Source of the DNA: a bacterium
GTDB taxonomy: Bacteria; Electryoneota; Electryoneia; Electryoneales; Electryoneaceae
Reading direction: 5' to 3'
NCBI GenBank assembly: GCA_963669175.1
Contig: OY769902.1
Span: 1,760,001-1,824,000 of the forward strand
DNA: 64,000 nt
Part shown: positions 61,411 to 64,000 of the stretch, in pieces
Layout: the number at the start of each line of letters is the position of its first letter
Position numbering within the stretch: the stretch's first letter is position 1
Made by a program: the position numbers and the translations under genes
Notes under the pieces: model-generated
What the model was told of the DNA's origin: nothing
Database searches by the model: none
What the model saw: the letters and a program-made list of their open reading frames with translations, nothing else

Positions 61411-64000
61411 GTGCTGGCATCAACCCGTTCTCAAGACAACGAGATCAAGCAGTTCAACCAGATTTCGATCAACCTGGCCAGCCCGGAGATGGTCCTGGCG
61501 CGTAGTTATGGCGAGGTGACGAAACCCGAAACGATTAACTATCGTAGTTACAAACCGGAGAAAGATGGACTTTTCTCCGAGAAGATTTTCGGGCCGACGA
61601 AGGACTGGGAGTGTCACTGCGGAAAGTACCGGGGGATCCGGTATAAAGGGATTATCTGCGACCGATGCGGCGTGGAAGTGACCCGAAAAGACGTCCGCCG
61701 TAAGCGGATGGGTCACATCAAGCTGGCTGTGCCGGTTGTTCATATCTGGTTCTTCAAGTCCATGCCTTCCAAGATCGGGTATCTGCTTGGCATGGCGGTA
61801 CGAGAACTGGAACGGGTGATTTACTACGAAAATTACGTAGTCATCCAGCCCGGTAATTCAGGTCTCAAAGAAATGGACCTGATTACGGAAACCGAGTATC
61901 TCGACCTGATGGCCGAGCATGGACCGACCAACGCCCAGCTTCCGGAAGACAGTCCGGAACGCTTTGTTGCGAAAACGGGCGGTCTGGCCGTGCGTGATCT
62001 GCTCCGCCGGATTGACGTCGAGACGCTGTCGCACGAGCTTCGTCGCCAGGTACGCGATGAAACCAGCGTGCAGCGCAAGCAGGATGCGATCAAGCGCCTG
62101 CGTGTTGTGGAAGCATTCCGCGACACCATGGACAAGGATTCGACACGTCCGGAATGGATGGTGCTGAGTGTAGTGCCGGTTATTCCGCCGGATCTCCGTC
62201 CGTTGGTTCCGCTTGAAGGTGGACGGTTTGCAACCAGCGACCTGAACGACCTGTACCGCCGTGTGATCATTCGTAACAATCGTTTGAAGCGACTGATGGA
62301 GATTAAAGCTCCGGAAGTCATCCTCCGTAACGAAAAGCGAATGCTGCAGGAAGCAGTCGACAGTCTCTATGATAACGGCCGCAAGTCAGTGGCTGTTCGC
62401 AGCGACGGCAACCGTCCGCTGAAGAGTTTGTCCGACAACCTGAAGGGCAAGCAGGGTCGTTTCCGTCAGAACCTGCTCGGTAAGCGTGTTGACTATTCCG
62501 GCCGTTCTGTAATTACCGTCGGTCCACACCTGCATTTGCACGAGTGCGGTCTGCCGAAGGATATGGCCATTGAGCTGTACAAGCCGTTCATCATCCGCAA
62601 GCTGATTGAGCAGGAATACGCGAAGACAGTCAAGTCTGCCAAGCGTATGGTAGAGCGTCGCGATGAGGTTGTCTGGGGCATTCTCGAAGAGATCATCGAG
62701 AACCACCCGGTCATGCTCAACCGTGCACCGACCCTTCACCGGCTCGGTATCCAGGCTTTCCAGCCATTGTTGATTGAAGGCAAGGCGATTCAGCTTCATC
62801 CGCTGGTCTGTTCTGCGTTCAACGCCGACTTCGACGGTGACCAGATGGCGGTACACGTGCCCCTCTCCTTCGAAGCGCAGTTGGAAGCGCGTCTTCTGAT
62901 GCTGGCAGCGCAGAACATTCTGCATCCGGCGAATGGACGTCCGATTACCGTTCCCTCGCAGGACATGGTTCTTGGTTGTTATTACCTGACCAAGATTCAG
63001 CCCGGCGCAAAGGGCGAGGGGATGTTCTTCTCGAGCACGGATGAAGTGATTGTCGCGCTGAACCATAACAAGGCGACCATCCACGCCCTGATCTATGTCC
63101 GGATCAAGGACAAATATATCCAGACTACCCCGGGACGTGTTCTGTTCAACCAGATTATTCCTGAGAAGGTCAGTAAGGAAATCTACTACAACGAAGAACT
63201 GGCAAAGAAGCGTCTTGGCGAAATCATCGCTGACTGCCATCGTCGTGTAGGTAATGCTGAAACCGCAGATTTCCTGGACAAGCTGAAGAAGCTCGGGTTT
63301 ACCCAGTCCACACGTGGTGGTCTGTCGGTAGGTTTGTCGGACGTGAACATCCCGGAAGAAAAACAGGGATTGGTCAAGACAGCCCAGGAAGAAGTCGATG
63401 AGATCCAGTCGCAGTACGAAATGGGTATCATCACTGACGGTGAACGCTACAACAAGATTATCGATATCTGGACGCATACAACTTCTGATGTTGCGGAAGT
63501 GATGTTCCGCCACATGCGGAAGGACCGTAACGGATTCAACCCCATCTTCATGATGGCGGACTCCGGCGCCCGTGGTTCAAAAGACCAGATTCGCCAGCTT
63601 GCCGGTATGCGTGGTCTGATGGCCAAGCCTCAGAAAACCATGACCGGGCAAAAGGGTGAAATTATTGAATCGCCGATTGTCGCGAACTTTAAAGAAGGCT
63701 TGTCGGTGTTGGAATACTTTATTTCAACACACGGCGCCCGAAAAGGTTTGGCGGACACGGCCCTCAAGACTGCGGACGCAGGTTACCTGACCCGTCGTCT
63801 GGTGGACGTTGCGCAGGATGTTATCGTTATCGAAGATGACTGCGGCACGATTCGTGGTATCGAAGTGCAGGCTCAGAAGGAAGGTGAAGAAGTCCATGAG
63901 CAGCTCTTCGAACGCATCCTTGGTCGTGTAACCGCTGAAGACGTCATTCACCCGGAAACCGGTGAACTCGTACTCGGCCGTAACGTCCTGATCGGCCATG
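61411..64000 (+). CDS. rpoC: RNA polymerase beta' subunit (runs off window end)
   Basis: GTG after GGAGG; [18 protein letters not shown], Zn-finger, [34 protein letters not shown]. Confidence 0.98.
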   Translation, partial: MLASTRSQDNEIKQFNQISINLASPEMVLARSYGEVTKPETINYRSYKPEKDGLFSEKIFGPTKDWECHCGKYRGIRYKGIICDRCGVEVTRKDVRRKRMGHIKLAVPVVHIWFFKSMPSKIGYLLGMAVRELERVIYYENYVVIQPGNSGLKEMDLITETEYLDLMAEHGPTNAQLPEDSPERFVAKTGGLAVRDLLRRIDVETLSHELRRQVRDETSVQRKQDAIKRLRVVEAFRDTMDKDSTRPEWMVLSVVPVIPPDLRPLVPLEGGRFATSDLNDLYRRVIIRNNRLKRLMEIKAPEVILRNEKRMLQEAVDSLYDNGRKSVAVRSDGNRPLKSLSDNLKGKQGRFRQNLLGKRVDYSGRSVITVGPHLHLHECGLPKDMAIELYKPFIIRKLIEQEYAKTVKSAKRMVERRDEVVWGILEEIIENHPVMLNRAPTLHRLGIQAFQPLLIEGKAIQLHPLVCSAFNADFDGDQMAVHVPLSFEAQLEARLLMLAAQNILHPANGRPITVPSQDMVLGCYYLTKIQPGAKGEGMFFSSTDEVIVALNHNKATIHALIYVRIKDKYIQTTPGRVLFNQIIPEKVSKEIYYNEELAKKRLGEIIADCHRRVGNAETADFLDKLKKLGFTQSTRGGLSVGLSDVNIPEEKQGLVKTAQEEVDEIQSQYEMGIITDGERYNKIIDIWTHTTSDVAEVMFRHMRKDRNGFNPIFMMADSGARGSKDQIRQLAGMRGLMAKPQKTMTGQKGEIIESPIVANFKEGLSVLEYFISTHGARKGLADTALKTADAGYLTRRLVDVAQDVIVIEDDCGTIRGIEVQAQKEGEEVHEQLFERILGRVTAEDVIHPETGELVLGRNVLIGH

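Overview
About 64 kb of a Gram-negative bacterial chromosome, probably FCB-superphylum-like. That placement is an inference from gene order such as purB-purC-psd-pssA-purS-purQ-tatC and from sequence style. The housekeeping backbone is prfA-prmC; ychF-like-glnB-glnA-dapA-dapB; truA-fsa-htrA-purBC-psd-pssA-purSQ-tatC-tatA/B-glutaminyl cyclase; and the tRNA-tuf-rpmG-secE-nusG-rplKAJL-rpoB-rpoC cluster, with rpoC truncated by the window end. Accessory content includes a divergent cluster (alanine racemase and M20 amidohydrolase <- -> GNAT, Orr-like PLP racemase and SSS symporter) with a candidate structured 5' leader RNA. It also includes a 9-heme collagen-stalk lipoprotein cytochrome, two divergent POTRA-less Omp85 paralogs, an intact IS701-like element, an MCP and three tandem HD-GYP genes. 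Intergenic DNA is unusually rich in small repeats, with at least seven families of REP-like palindromes and short tandem arrays. The most notable are a ~35-50 bp hairpin module inserted independently into two REP arms and a telomere-like G-rich array growing out of a REP end. Many secreted proteins appear to start with Gln after the signal peptide, alongside a type I glutaminyl cyclase gene. No CRISPR array, rRNA or prophage was seen. All calls were made by eye, without database searches.
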